This document shows, piece after piece, positions 28,901 through 43,700 of a stretch of DNA of 64,000 nt (positions within the stretch are counted from its first letter, which is position 1; each line of letters starts with the position of its first letter). This stretch comes from Eledone cirrhosa (taxonomy: Eukaryota). The stretch is taken from positions 24,490,001 through 24,554,000 of the forward strand of contig OZ024744.1 in assembly GCA_964016885.1 (NCBI GenBank), in the 5' to 3' direction. The notes beneath the pieces were generated by a model. That model did not search any database. It had not been told where the DNA came from and was given only the letters and a program-made list of their open reading frames with translations. Made by a program: the position numbers and the translations under genes.

Positions 28901-30700
28901 AAACTGGTTTTAACACCAGTTGAATCTTAAGAACTGACTCGTTTTAATAACACTTTAATCTTATGATAAAACTCGTTTTAACACCAGTTGAATCTTAAGA
29001 ACTTACTCGTTTTAACAACAGTTGAATCTTAAGAGAAAATTCGTTTTAACAACAGCTAAATCTTAAGAACTGACTCGTTTTAACAACAGTTGAATCTTAT
29101 GATAACACTCGTGTTAACAACAGTTGCATTTTAAGTTAAAACTGGTTTTAACAACAGTTGAATGTTAAGAACTGACTCGTTTTAACAACAGTTGAATCTT
29201 AAGAGAAAATTCGTTTTAACAACAGCTGAATCTTAAGAACTGACTCTTTTTAACAACAGTTGAATCTCATGATAAAACTCGTTTAACAGTTGCATTTTAA
29301 GAGAAAACTGGTTTTAACAACAGTTGAATCTTAAGAACTGACTCGTTTTAATAACACTTTAATCTTATGATAAAACTCGTTTTAACAAGAGTTGAATCTT
29401 AAGAACTGACTCGTTTTAACAACAGTTGAATTTTAATATAAAACTTGTTTTAACAACTTTTGAGTATTAAGATAAGACTCGTTATAACAACAGTTGATTC
29501 TTAAGAAATTACTCGTTTTTACAACAGTTGAATCTTAAGATAAAACTCGTTATAACAACAGTTGATTCTTAAGAAATTACTCCTTTTTACAACAGTTGAA
29601 TCTTAAGATAAATCTCGCTTTAAGAACAGTTTAATGTTAAGAACTGACTTGTTTTAACAACAGTTGAATCTTAAGAACTGATTCGTTTTAACAACAGTTG
29701 CATTTTAAGATAAAACTGGTTTTTTCAACAGTTGAATCTGAAGAACTGACTCGTTTTAACAACAGTTGAATCTGAAGAACTGACTCGTTTTATCAACAGT
29801 TGAATCTGAAGATAAACTCGTTTTAACAACAGTTGAATCTTAAGAACTCACTCGTTTTAACAACACTTGTATCTTATGATAAAACTGGTTTTAACAACAG
29901 TTGAAACTTATGATAAAACTCGTTTTAATAACAGTTGCATTTTAAGATAAAACTGGTTTTAACAACAGTTGAATCTGAAGAACTGACTCGTTTGAACAAC
30001 AGTTGAATCTTAAGAACTGACTCGTTTTAACAACAGTTGATTCTTAAAATAAAACTATTTTTAACAACAGTTGAATCTTAAAATAAATCTGGTTTTAATA
30101 ACAGTTGAATCTTAAGAACTGACTCGTTTTAAGAACACTTTATTCGCATGATAAAACTCGATATAACAACAGTTGATTCTTAAGAAATTACTCGTTTTAA
30201 CAATAGTTGAATCTTAAGATAAAACTCGTTTTAACAACAGTTGAATCTTTAGAACTGAATCGTTTTAATAACAGTTGAATCTTAAAATAAAACTCGTTTT
30301 AACAACAGTTGAATCTTAAGAACTGTCTCGTGTTAACAACAGTTGAATCTTAAGATAAAATCTGTTTTAACAACAGTTGAAAGTTAAGAACTGACTCGTT
30401 TTAACAACAGTTGAATCTTAAAATAAAAATGGTTATAACAACAGTTGAATCTTAAGAACTGACTCGTCTTAACAACAGTTGAATCTTAAGAACTGATTCG
30501 TGTTAACAACAGATGAATCTTTAGAACAGTCTCATTTTAATAACAGTTGAATCTTAAAATAAACTGGTTTTAACACCAGTTGAATGTTAAGAACTGACTC
30601 GTTTTAATAACACTTTAATCTTATGATAAAACTCGTTTTAACACCAGTTGAATCTTAAGAACTTACTCGTTTTAACAACAGTTGAATCTTAAGAGAAAAT
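5000..30700. repeat. Higher-order repeat domain 1, basic period ~4.5 kb (~132-133 monomers)
   Basis: The deletion landmark GATCAAACAACAG recurs at 7037, 12658, 17158, 23458 and 27890 (intervals 5621, 4500, 6300, 4432). The landmark TGAGTATTAAG recurs at 8641, 14262, 18762, 25062 and 29461. Lines 11161, 15661 and 20161 are identical, 4500 apart. Boundaries are approximate. Confidence 0.9.
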
Positions 30701-33700
30701 TCGTTTTAACAACAGCTAAATCTTAAGAACTGACTCGTTTTAACAACAGTTGAATCTTATGATGACACTCGTGTTAACAACAGTTGCATTTTAAGTTAAA
30801 ACTGGTTTTAACAACAGTTGAATCTTAAGAACTGCCTCTTGTTAACAACAGTTGAATCTTAAGATAAAACTCGTTTTAACAACAGTTGAATATTAAAATA
30901 AGACTCTTATAACAACAGTTGATTCTTAAGAAATTACTCGTTTTTACAACAGTTGAATCTTAAGAACTGACTCATTCAACAACAGTTGAATCTTAAGATA
31001 AAACTCGTTTTAACAACAGTTGATTCTTAAGACTGACTCGTTTTAACAACAGTTGAATCTTAAGAACTGACTTGTTTTAACAACAGTTGAATCTAAGAAC
31101 TGACTCGTTTTAACAACAGTTGCATTTTAAGATAAAACTGGTTCTTACAACAGTTGAATCTGAAGAACTGACTCGTTTTCACAACAGTTGAATCTTAAGA
31201 ATTGACTCGTTTTAACAACAGTTGAATCTGAAGAACTGACTCGTTTTATCAACAGTTGAATCTGATGATAAAACTCGTTTTAACAACAGTTGAATCTCAA
31301 GAACTGACTCGTTTTAACAACACTTGTAACTTATGATAAAACACGTTTTAACAACAGTTGAATCTTAAGAAATGACTCGTTTTAACAAGAGTTGAATCTT
31401 TAGAACTGAATCGTTTTAATAACAGTTGAATCTTAACATAAAACTCGTGTTAGCAACAGTTGAATCTTAAGAGAAAATTCGTTTTAACAGCAGATAATTC
31501 TTAAGAACTGACTCGGTTTAACAACAGTTAAATCGTATGATAAAACTCGTTTAACAGTTGCATTTTAAGATAAAACTGGTTTTACAACAGTTGAATCATA
31601 AGAACTGACTCGTTTTAATAACACTTTAATCTCAAGATAAAACTCGTTTTAACAACAGTCGAAACGTATGATAAAACTTGTTTTAACAACCGTTGCATTT
31701 TAAGATAAAACTGGTTTTAACAACAGTTGAATCTTAAGAACTGACTCGTTATAACAACAGTTGAATTTTAAGATAAAACTCGTTTTAACAACAGTTGAAT
31801 CTTAAGAAATGACTCGGTTTAACAACACTTGTAACTTATGATAAAACTCGTTTTAACAAAAGTTGAACCTTAAGAACTGACTCGTTTTAACAACAATTGA
31901 ATCTGAAGATAAAACTCGTTTTACAACAGTCGAATCTTAAGAACTGTCTCGTTTTAACAACAGTTGACTCTTATGATAAAACTCGTTTTAACAACAGTTG
32001 CATTTTAAGTTCAAACTGGTTTTAACAACAGTTGAATCTTAAGAACTGACTCGTTTTAACAACAGTTGAATCTTAATAGATAATCCGTTTTAACAACAGC
32101 TGAATCTTATGATAACACTCGTTTTAAAAACAGTTGAATCATAAGAACTGATTGTTTTAACAACAGTTGAGTCTGAAGAACTGACTCATTTTAACAACAG
32201 TTGAATCTGAAGAACTGACTCGTTTTAACAACAGTTGAATCTTAAAGTAAAGCTCGTTTTAAGAACAGTCGAATCTTAAGAACTGTCTCGTTTTAACAAC
32301 GGTTGAATCTGAAGAACTGACTCGTTTTAACAACAGTTGAATCTTAAAGTAAAGCTCGTTTTAAGAACAGTCGAATCTTAAGAACTGTCTCGTTTTAACA
32401 ACGGTTGAATCTGAAGAACTGACTCGTTTTAACAACAGTTGAATCTGAACATAAAACTCGTTTTAACAACAGTTGAATCTTAAAAACTGACTCGTTTTAA
32501 CAACACTTGTAACTTATGATAAAACTCGTTTTACCAACAGTTGAATCTTATGATAAAACTCGTTTTAACAACAGTTGCATTTTAAGATCAAACTGGTTTT
32601 AACAACAGTTGAATCTTAAGAACTGACTCGTTTTAACAACAGTTGAATCTTAAAATAAACTGTTTTTAACACCAGTTGAATGTTAAGAACTGACTCGTTT
32701 TAATAACACTTTAATCTTATGATAAAACTCGTTTTAACACCAGTTGAATCTTAAGAACTTACTCGTTTTAACAACAGTTGAATCTTAAGAGAAAATTCGT
32801 TTTAACAACAGCTAAATCTTAAGAACTGACTCGTTTTAACAACAGTTGAATCTTATGATAACACTCGTGTTAACAGCAGTTGCATTTTAAGTTAAAACTG
32901 GTTTTAACAACAGTTGAATCTTAAGAACTGACTCGTTTTAACAACAGTTGAATCTTAAGATGAAACTCGTTATAACAACAGTTGAATATTAAAATAAGAC
33001 TCTTATAACAACAGTTGATTCTTAAGAAATTACTCGTTTTTACAACAGTTGAATCTTAAGAACTGACTCGTTTCAACAACAGTTGAATCTTAAGATAAAA
33101 CTCGTTCTAACAACAGTTGATTCTTAAGATTGACTCGTTTTAACAACAGTTGAATCTTAAGAACTGACTTGTTTTAACAACAGTTGAATCTAAGAACTGA
33201 CTCGTTTTAACAACAGTTGCATTTTAAGATAAAACTGGTTCTTACAACAGTTGAATCTGAAGAACTGACTCGTTTTATCAACAGTTGAATCTGATGATAA
33301 AACTCGTTTTAACAACAGTTGAATCTCAAGAACTGACTCGTTTTAACAAAACTATTAACTTATGATAAAACTCGTTTTAACAACAGTTGAATCTTAAGAA
33401 ATGACTCGTTTTAACAAGAGTTGAATCTTTAGAACTGAATCGTTTTATTTTAATAACAGTTGAATCTTAACATAAAACTCGTGTTAGCAACAGTTGAATC
33501 TTAAGAGAAAATTCCTTTTAACAGCAGATAATTCTTAAGAACTGACTCGGTTTAACAACAGTTAAATCTTATGATAAAACTCGTTTAACAGTTGCATTTT
33601 AAGATAAAACTGGTTTTACAACAGTTGAATCTTAAGAACTGACTCGTTTTAATAACACTTTAATCTTAAGATAAAACTCGTTTTAACAACAGTCGAAACG

Positions 33701-36700
33701 TATGATAAACTCGTTTTAACAACAGTTGAATCTTAAGAACTGACTCTTTTTATTAACACTTTAATCTTATGATAAAACTCGTTTTAACAACAGTTGAATC
33801 TTAAGAACTGACTCGTTATAACAACAGTTGAATTTTAAGATAAAACTCGTTTTAACAACAGTTGAATCTTAAGAAATGACTCGTTTTAACAACACTTGTA
33901 ACTTATGATAAAAGTCGTTTTAACAACAATTGAACCTTAAGAACTGACTCGTTTTTACGACAGTTGAATTTTAAGAGAAAATTCGTTTTAACAACAGTCG
34001 AATCTTAAGAACTGTCTGGTTTTAACAACAGTTGAATCTTATGATAAAACTCGATTTAACAACAGTTGCCTTTTAAGATAAAACTACTTTTAACAACAGT
34101 TGAATCTTAAGAACTGACTCGCTTTAACAACAGTTGAATCTGAAGAACTGACTCGTTTTAACAACAGTTGAATCTTAATAGATAATCCGTTTTAACAACA
34201 GCTGAATCTTATGATAACACTCGTTTTAAAAACAGTTGAATCATAAGAACTGATTCGTTTTAACAACAGTTGAGTCTGAAGAACTGACACGTTTTAACAA
34301 CAGTTGAATCTGAAGAACTGACTCGTTTTATCAACTGTTGAATCTTAAGATAAGAACTCGTTTTAACAACTGTTGAATCTTAAGAACTGGCTCGTTTTTA
34401 CAACACTTGTATCTTATGATAAAACTCGTTTTAACAACAGTTGAACCTTAAGAACTGACTCGTTTTAACAACAGTTGAATCTTAAAGTAAAACTCGTTTT
34501 AACAACAGTCGAATCTTAAGAACTGTCTCGTTTTAACAACAGTTGAATCTGAAGAACTGACTCGTTTTAACAACAGTTGAATCTGAACATAAAACTCGTT
34601 TTAACAACAGTTGAATCTTAAGAACTGACTCGTTTTAACAACACTTGTAACTTATGATAAAACTCGTTTTACCAACAGTTGAATCTTAAAATAAAACTGG
34701 TTATAACAACACTTGAATCTTAAGAACTGACTCGTCTTAACAACAGTTGAATCTTAAGAACTGATTCGTGTTAACAACAGATGAATCTTTAGAACAGTCT
34801 CATTTTAATAACAGTTGAATCTTAAAATAAACTGGTTTTAACACCAGTTGAATCTTAAGAACTGACTCGTTTTAATAACACTTTAATCTTATGATAAAAC
34901 TCGTTTTAACACCAGTTGAATCTTAAGAACTTACTCGTTTTAACAACAGTTGAATCTTAAGAGAAAATTCGTTTTAACAACAGCTAAATCTTAAGAACTG
35001 ACTCGTTTTAACAACAGTTGAATCTTATGATGACACTCGTGTTAACAACAGTTGCATTTTAAGTTAAAACTGGTTTTAACAACAGTTGAATCTTAAGAAC
35101 TGCCTCGTTTTAACAACAGTTGAATCTTAAGATAAAACTCGTTCTAACAACAGTTGATTCTTAAGATTGACTCGTTTTAACAACAGTTGAATCTTAAGAA
35201 CTGACTTGTTTTAACAACAGTTGAATCTAAGAACTGACTCGTTTTAACAACAGTTGCATTTTAAGATAAAACTGGTTCTTACAACAGTTGAATCTGAAGA
35301 ACTGACTCGTTTTATCAACAGTTGAATCTGATGATAAAACTCGTTTTAACAACAGTTGAATCTCAAGAACTGACTCGTTTTAACAAAACTATTAACTTAT
35401 GATAAAACTCGTTTTAACAACAGTTGAATCTTAAGAAATGACTCGTTTTAACAAGAGTTGAATCTTTAGAACTGAATCGTTTTATTTTAATAACAGTTGA
35501 ATCTTAACATAAAACTCGTGTTAGCAACAGTTGAATCTTAAGAGAAAATTCGTTTTAACAGCAGATAATTCTTAAGAACTGACTCGGTTTAACAACAGTT
35601 AAATCTTATGATAAAACTCGTTTAACAGTTGCATTTTAAGATAAAACTGGTTTTACAACAGTTGAATCTTAAGAACTGACTCGTTTTAATAACACTTTAA
35701 TCTTAAGATAAAACTCGTTTTAACAACAGTCGAAACGTATGATAAACTCGTTTTAACAACAGTTGAATCTTAAGAACTGACTCTTTTTAATAACACTTTA
35801 ATCTTATGATAAAACTCGTTTTAACAACAGTTGAATCTTAAGAACTGACTCGTTATAACAACAGTTGAATTTTAAGATAAAACTCGTTTTAACAACAGTT
35901 GAATCTTAAGAAATGACTCGTTTTAACAACACTTGTAACTTATGATAAAAGTCGTTTTAACAACAATTGAACCTTAAGAACTGACTCGTTTTTACGACAG
36001 TTGAATTTTAAGAGAAAATTCGTTTTAACAACAGTCGAATCTTAAGAACTGTCTGGTTTTAACAACAGTTGAATCTTATGATAAAACTCGATTTAACAAC
36101 AGTTGCCTTTTAAGATAAAACTACTTTTAACAACAGTTGAATCTTAAGAACTGACTCGCTTTAACAACAGTTGAATCTGAAGAACTGACTCGTTTTAACA
36201 ACAGTTGAATCTTAATAGATAATCCGTTTTAACAACAGCTGAATCTTATGATAACACTCGTTTTAAAAACAGTTGAATCATAAGAACTGATTCGTTTTAA
36301 CAACAGTTGAGTCTGAAGAACTGACACGTTTTAACAACAGTTGAATCTGAAGAACTGACTCGTTTTATCAACTGTTGAATCTTAAGATAAGAACTCGTTT
36401 TAACAACTGTTGAATCTTAAGAACTGGCTCGTTTTTACAACACTTGTATCTTATGATAAAACTCGTTTTAACAACAGTTGAACCTTAAGAACTGACTCGT
36501 TTTAACAACAGTTGAATCTTAAAGTAAAACTCGTTTTAACAACAGTCGAATCTTAAGAACTGTCTCGTTCTAACAACAGTTGAATCTGAAGAACTGACTC
36601 GTTTTAACAACAGTTGAATCTGAACATAAAACTCGTTTTAACAACAGTTGAATCTTAAGAACTGACTCGTTTTAACAACACTTGTAACTTATGATAAAAC

Positions 36701-39700
36701 TCGTTTTACCAACAGTTGAATCTTAAAATAAAACTGGTTATAACAACAGTTGAATCTTAAGAACTGACTCGTCTTAACAACAGTTGAATCTTAAGAACTG
36801 ATTCGTGTTAACAACAGATGAATCTTTAGAACAGTCTCATTTTAATAACAGTTGAATCTTAAAATAAACTGGTTTTAACACCAGTTGAATCTTAAGAACT
36901 GACTCGTTTTAATAACACTTTAATCTTATGATAAAACTCGTTTTAACACCAGTTGAATCTTAAGAACTTACTCGTTTTAACAACAGTTGAATCTTAAGAG
37001 AAAATTCGTTTTAACAACAGCTAAATCTTAAGAACTGACTCGTTTTAACAACAGTTGAATCTTATGATGACACTCGTGTTAACAACAGTTGCATTTTAAG
37101 TTAAAACTGGTTTTAACAACAGTTGAATCTTAAGAACTGCCTCGTTTTAACAACAGTTGAATCTTAAGATAAAACTCGTTTTAACAACAGTTGAATATTA
37201 AAATAAGACTCTTATAACAACAGTTGATTCTTAAGAAATTACTCGTTTTTACAACAGTTGAATCTTAAGAACTGACTCATTCAACAACAGTTGAATCTTA
37301 AGATAAAACTCGTTTTAACAACAGTTGATTCTTAAGACTGACTCGTTTTAACAACAGTTGAATCTTAAGAACTGACTTGTTTTAACAACAGTTGAATCTA
37401 AGAACTGACTCGTTTTAACAACAGTTGCATTTTAAGATAAAACTGGTTCTTACAACAGTTGAATCTGAAGAACTGACTCGTTTTCACAACAGTTGAATCT
37501 TAAGAATTGACTCGTTTTAACAACAGTTGAATCTGAAGAACTGACTCGTTTTATCAACAGTTGAATCTGATGATAAAACTCGTTTTAACAACAGTTGAAT
37601 CTCAAGAACTGACTCGTTTTAACAACACTTGTAACTTATGATAAAACTCGTTTTAACAACAGTTGAATCTTAAGAAATGACTCGTTTTAATAAGAGTTGA
37701 ATCTTTAGAACTGAATCGTTTTAATAACAGTTGAATCTTAACATAAAACTCGTGTTAGCAACAGTTGAATCTTAAGAGAAAATTCGTTTTAACAGCAGAT
37801 AATTCTTAAGAACTGACTCGGTTTAACAACAGTTAAATCGTATGATAAAACTCGTTTAACAGTTGCATTTTAAGATAAAACTGGTTTTACAACAGTTGAA
37901 TCTTAAGAACTGACTCGTTTTAATAACACTTTAATCTTAAGATAAAACTCGTTTTAACAACAGTTGAAACGTATGATAAAACTCGTTTTAACAACAGTTG
38001 CATTTTAAGATAAAACTGGCTTTAACAACAGTTGAATCTTAAGAACTGACTCGTTATAACAACAATTGAATTTTAAGATAAAACTCGTTTTAACAACAGT
38101 TGAATCTTAAGAAATTACTCGTTTTAACAACACTTGTAACTTATGATAAAACTCGTTTTAACAACAGTTGAACCTTAAGAACTGACTCGTTTTAACAACA
38201 ATTGAATCCGAAGATAAAACTCCTTTTAACAACAGTCGAATCTTAAGAACTGTGTCGTTTTAACAACAGTGGAATCTTATGATAAAACTCGATTTAACAA
38301 CAGTTGCATTTTAAGATAAAACTAGTTTTAACAACAGTTGAATCTTAAGAACTGACTCGTTTTAACAACAGTTGAATCTGAAGAACTGACTCGTTTTAAC
38401 AACAGTTGAATCTTAATAGATAATCCGTTTTAACAACAGCTGAATCTTATGATATCACTCGTTTTAAAAACAGTTGAATCATAAGAACTGATTCGTTTTA
38501 TCAACTGTTGAATCTTAAGATAAAACTCGTTTTAACAACTGTTGAATCTTAAGAACTGGCTCGTTTTTACAACACTTGTATCTTATGATAAAACTCGTTT
38601 TAACAAAAGTTGATCCTTAAGAACTGACTCGTTTTAACAACAGTTGAATCTTAAAGTAAAACTCGTTTTAACAACAGTCGAATCTTAAGAACTGTCTCGT
38701 TTTAATAACAGTTGAATCTGAAGAACTGACTCGTTTTAACAACACTTGTAACTTATGATAAAAGTCGTTTTACCTACAGTTGAATCTTATGATAAAACTC
38801 GTTTTAACAACAGTTGCATTTTAAGTTAAAACTGGTTTTAACAACAGTTGAATCTTAAGAACTGCCTCGTTTTAACAACAGTTGAATCTTAAGATAAAAC
38901 TCGTTTTAACAACAGTTGAATATTAAAATAAGACTCTTATAACAACAGTTGATTCTTAAGAAATTACTCGTTTTTACAACAGTTGAATCTTAAGAACTGA
39001 CTCATTCAACAACAGTTGAATCTTAAGATAAAACTCGTTTTAACAACAGTTGATTCTTAAGACTGACTCGTTTTAACAACAGTTGAATCTTAAGAACTGA
39101 CTTGTTTTAACAACAGTTGAATCTAAGAACTGACTCGTTTTAACAACAGTTGCATTTTAAGATAAAACTGGTTCTTACAACAGTTGAATCTGAAGAACTG
39201 ACTCGTTTTCACAACAGTTGAATCTTAAGAATTGACTCGTTTTAACAACAGTTGAATCTGAAGAACTGACTCGTTTTATCAACAGTTGAATCTGATGATA
39301 AAACTCGTTTTAACAACAGTTGAATCTCAAGAACTGACTCGTTTTAACAACACTTGTAACTTATGATAAAACTCGTTTTAACAACAGTTGAATCTTAAGA
39401 AATGACTCGTTTTAATAAGAGTTGAATCTTTAGAACTGAATCGTTTTAATAACAGTTGAATCTTAACATAAAACTCGTGTTAGCAACAGTTGAATCTTAA
39501 GAGAAAATTCGTTTTAACAGCAGATAATTCTTAAGAACTGACTCGGTTTAACAACAGTTAAATCGTATGATAAAACTCGTTTAACAGTTGCATTTTAAGA
39601 TAAAACTGGTTTTACAACAGTTGAATCTTAAGAACTGACTCGTTTTAATAACACTTTAATCTTAAGATAAAACTCGTTTTAACAACAGTTGAAACGTATG

Positions 39701-40780
39701 ATAAAACTCGTTTTAACAACAGTTGCATTTTAAGATAAAACTGGCTTTAACAACAGTTGAATCTTAAGAACTGACTCGTTATAACAACAGTTGAATTTTA
39801 AGATAAAACTCGTTTTAACAACAGTTGAATCTTAAGAAATTACTCGTTTTAACAACACTTGTAACTTATGATAAAACTCGTTTTAACAACAGTTGAACCT
39901 TAAGAACTGACTCGTTTTAACAACAATTGAATCCGAAGATAAAACTCCTTTTAACAACAGTCGAATCTTAAGAACTGTGTCGTTTTAACAACAGTGGAAT
40001 CTTATGATAAAACTCGATTTAACAACAGTTGCATTTTAAGATAAAACTAGTTTTAACAACAGTTGAATCTTAAGAACTGACTCGTTTTAACAACAGTTGA
40101 ATCTGAAGAACTGACTCGTTTTAACAACAGTTGAATCTTAATAGATAATCCGTTTTAACAACAGCTGAATCTTATGATATCACTCGTTTTAAAAACAGTT
40201 GAATCATAAGAACTGATTCGTTTTAACAACAGTTGAATCTGAAGAACTGACTCGTTTTAACAACAGTTGAATCTGAAGAACTGACTCGTTTTATCAACTG
40301 TTGAATCTTAAGATAAAACTCGTTTTAACAACTGTTGAATCTTAAGAACTGGCTCGTTTTTACAACACTTGTATCTTATGATAAAACTCGTTTTAACAAA
40401 AGTTGATCCTTAAGAACTGACTCGTTTTAACAACAGTTGAATCTTAAAGTAAAACTCGTTTTAACAACAGTCGAATCTTAAGAACTGTCTCGTTTTAATA
40501 ACAGTTGAATCTGAAGAACTGACTCGTTTTAACAACAGTTGAATCTGAACATAAAAATCGTTTTAACAACAATTGAATCTTAAGAACTGACTCGTTTTAA
40601 CAACACTTGTAACTTATGATAAAAGTCGTTTTACCTACAGTTGAATCTTATGATAAAACTCGTTTTAACAACAGTTGCATTTTAAGTTCAAACTGGTTTT
40701 AACAACAGTTGAATCTTTAGAACAGTCTCGTTTTAATAACAGTTGAATCTTAAAATAAACTGGTTTTAACACCAGTTGAA
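30700..40780. repeat. Higher-order repeat domain 2, period ~1.7-2.2 kb
   Basis: The landmark CAGATAATTC, not seen in domain 1, occurs at 31491, 33525, 35562, 37796 and 39521 (intervals 2034, 2037, 2234, 1725). ACTATTAACT occurs at 33351 and 35388. Boundaries are approximate. Confidence 0.85.
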
Positions 40781-43700
40781 TCTTAAGAACTGACTTGTTT
40801 TAATAACACTTTAATCTTATGATAAAACTCGTTTTAACACCAGTTGAATCTTAAGAACTTACTCGTTTTAACAACAGTTGAATCTTAAGAGAAAATTCGT
40901 TTTAACAACAGCTAAATCTTAAGAACTGACTCGTTTTAACAACAGTTGAATCTTATGATAACACTCTTGTTAACAACAGTTGCATTTTAAGTTAAAACTG
41001 GTTTTAACAACAGTTGAATGTTAAGAACTGACTCGTTTTAACCACAGTTGAATCTTAAGAGAAAATTCGTTTTAACAACAGCTGAATCTTAAGAACTGAC
41101 TCTTTTTAACAACAGTTGAATCTCATGATAAAACTCGTTTAACAGTTGCATTTTAAGAGAAAACTGGTTTTAACAACAGTTGAATCTTAAGAACTGACTC
41201 GTTTTAATAACACTTTAATCTTATGATAAAACTCGTTATAACAACAGTTGATTCTTAAGAAATTACTCGTTTTTACAACAGTTGAATCTTAAGATATAAC
41301 TCGTTATAACAACAGTTGATTCTTAAGAAATTACTCCTTTTTACAACAGTTGAATCTTAAGATAAATCTCGTTTTAAGAACAGTTTAATGTTAAGAACTG
41401 ACTTGTTTTAACAACAGTTGAATCTTAAGAACTGATTCGTTTTAACAACAGTTGCATTTTAAGATAAAACTGGTTTTTTCAACAGTTGAATCTGAAGAAC
41501 TGACTCGTTTTCACAACAGTTGAATCTGAAGAACTGACTCGTTTTAACAACAGTTGAATCTTAAGAACTGACTCGTTTTATCAACAGTTGAATCTGAAGA
41601 TAAACTCGTTTTAACAACAGTTGAATCTTAAGAACTCACTCGTTTTAACAACACTTGTATCTTATGATAAAACTGGTTTTAACAACAGTTGAAACTTATG
41701 ATAAAACTCGTTTTAATAACAGTTGCATTTTAAGATAAAACTGGTTTTAACAACAGTTGAATCTGAAGAACTGACTCGTTTGAACAACAGTTGAATCTTA
41801 AGAACTGACTCGTTTTAACAACAGTTGAATCTTAAAATAAAACTATTTTTAACAACAGTTGAATCTTAAAATAAATCTGGTTTTAATAACAGTTGAATCT
41901 TAAGAACTGACTCGTTTTAAGAACACTTTATTCGCATGATAAAACTCGGTATAACAACAGTTGATTCTTAAGAAATTACTCGTTTTAACAATAGTTGAAT
42001 CTTAAGATAAAACTCGTTTTAACAACAGTTGAATCTTTAGAACTGAATCGTTTTAATAACAGTTGAATCTTAAAATAAAACTCGTTTTAACAACAGTTGA
42101 ATCTTAAGAACTGTCTCGTGTTAACAACAGTTGAATCTTAAGATAAAATCTGTTTTAACAACAGTTGAAAGTTAAGAACTGACTCGTTTTAACAACAGTT
42201 GAATCTTTAAAAAAAACTGGTTATAACAACAGTTGAATCTTAAGAACTGACTCGTCTTAACAACAGTTGAATCTTAAGAACTGATTCGTTTTAGCAACAG
42301 ATGAATCTTAATATAAAACTCGTTTTAACAACAGTTGAATCTAAAGAACTGATTCGTTTTAACAACAGTTGAATCTTAAATAAAACTCGTTATAACAACA
42401 GTTGATTCTTAAGAAATTACTCGTTTTAACAACAGTTGAATCTTAAGATAAAACTCGTTTTAACAACTGTTGCATTTTAAGATAAAACTGGTTTTAACAA
42501 CAGTTGAATCTTAAGATCTGACTCGTTTTAACAACACTTGTAACTTATGATAAAACTCGTTTTAACAACAGTTGAACCTTAAGAACTGACTCGTTTTAAC
42601 AACAGTTGAATTTTAAGAGAAAATTCGTTTTAACAACAGCTGAATCTTTAGAACTGACTCGTTTTAACAACAGTTTATTGTTAAGATAAAACTCGTTTTA
42701 ACAACAGTTGCATTTTAAGATAAAACTGGTTTTAACAACAGTTGAATCTTAAGAACTGACTCGTTTTAACAACAGTTTACTCTGAAGAACTGACTCGTTT
42801 TAATAACAGTTGAATCTGAAGATAAAACTCGTTTTAACAACAGTTGAATCTTAAGAACTGACTCGTTTTAACAACACTTGTAACTTATGATAAAACTCGT
42901 TTTAACAACAGTTGAACCTTAAGAACTGACTCGTTTTAACAATAGTTGAATTTTAAGATAAAACTCGTTTTAACAACAGTTGAATATTGAGATAAGACTC
43001 GTTATAACAACAGTTGATTCTTAAGAAATTACTCGTTTTAACAACAGTTGAATCTTAAGGTAAAACTCGTTTTAACAACAGTTGAATCTTAAGACTGACT
43101 CGTTTAAACAACAGTTGAATCTTAAGAACTGACTTGTTTTAACAACAATTGAATCTTAAGATAAAACTCGTTTTAACAACAGTTGAATCTTAAGAACTGA
43201 CTCGTTTTAACAACAGTTGCATTTTAAGATAAAATTGGTTTTTACAACAGTTGAATCTGAAGAGCTGACTCGTTTAAACAACAGTTGAATCTTAAAATAA
43301 AACACTTTTTAACAACAGTTGAATCTTAAAATAAAACTAGTTTTAATAACAGTTGAATCTTAAGAACTGACTCGTTTTAATATAATTTGAATCTTAAGAT
43401 AAAATTCGTTTTAACAACAGCTGAATCTAAAGAACTGACTCGTTTTAAGAACACTTTATTCTCATGATAAAACTCGGTATAACAACAGTTGATTCTTAAG
43501 AAATTACTCTTTTTAACAATTGTTGAATCTTAAGATAAAACTCGTTTCAACAACAGTTGAATCTTAAGAGCTGTCTCGTGTTAACAACAGTTGAATCTAA
43601 AGATAAAATCTGTTTTAACAACAGTTGAAAGTTAAGAACTGACTCGTTTTACTAGCAGTTGAATCTTAAGATAAAACTGGTTATAACAACAGTTGAATCT

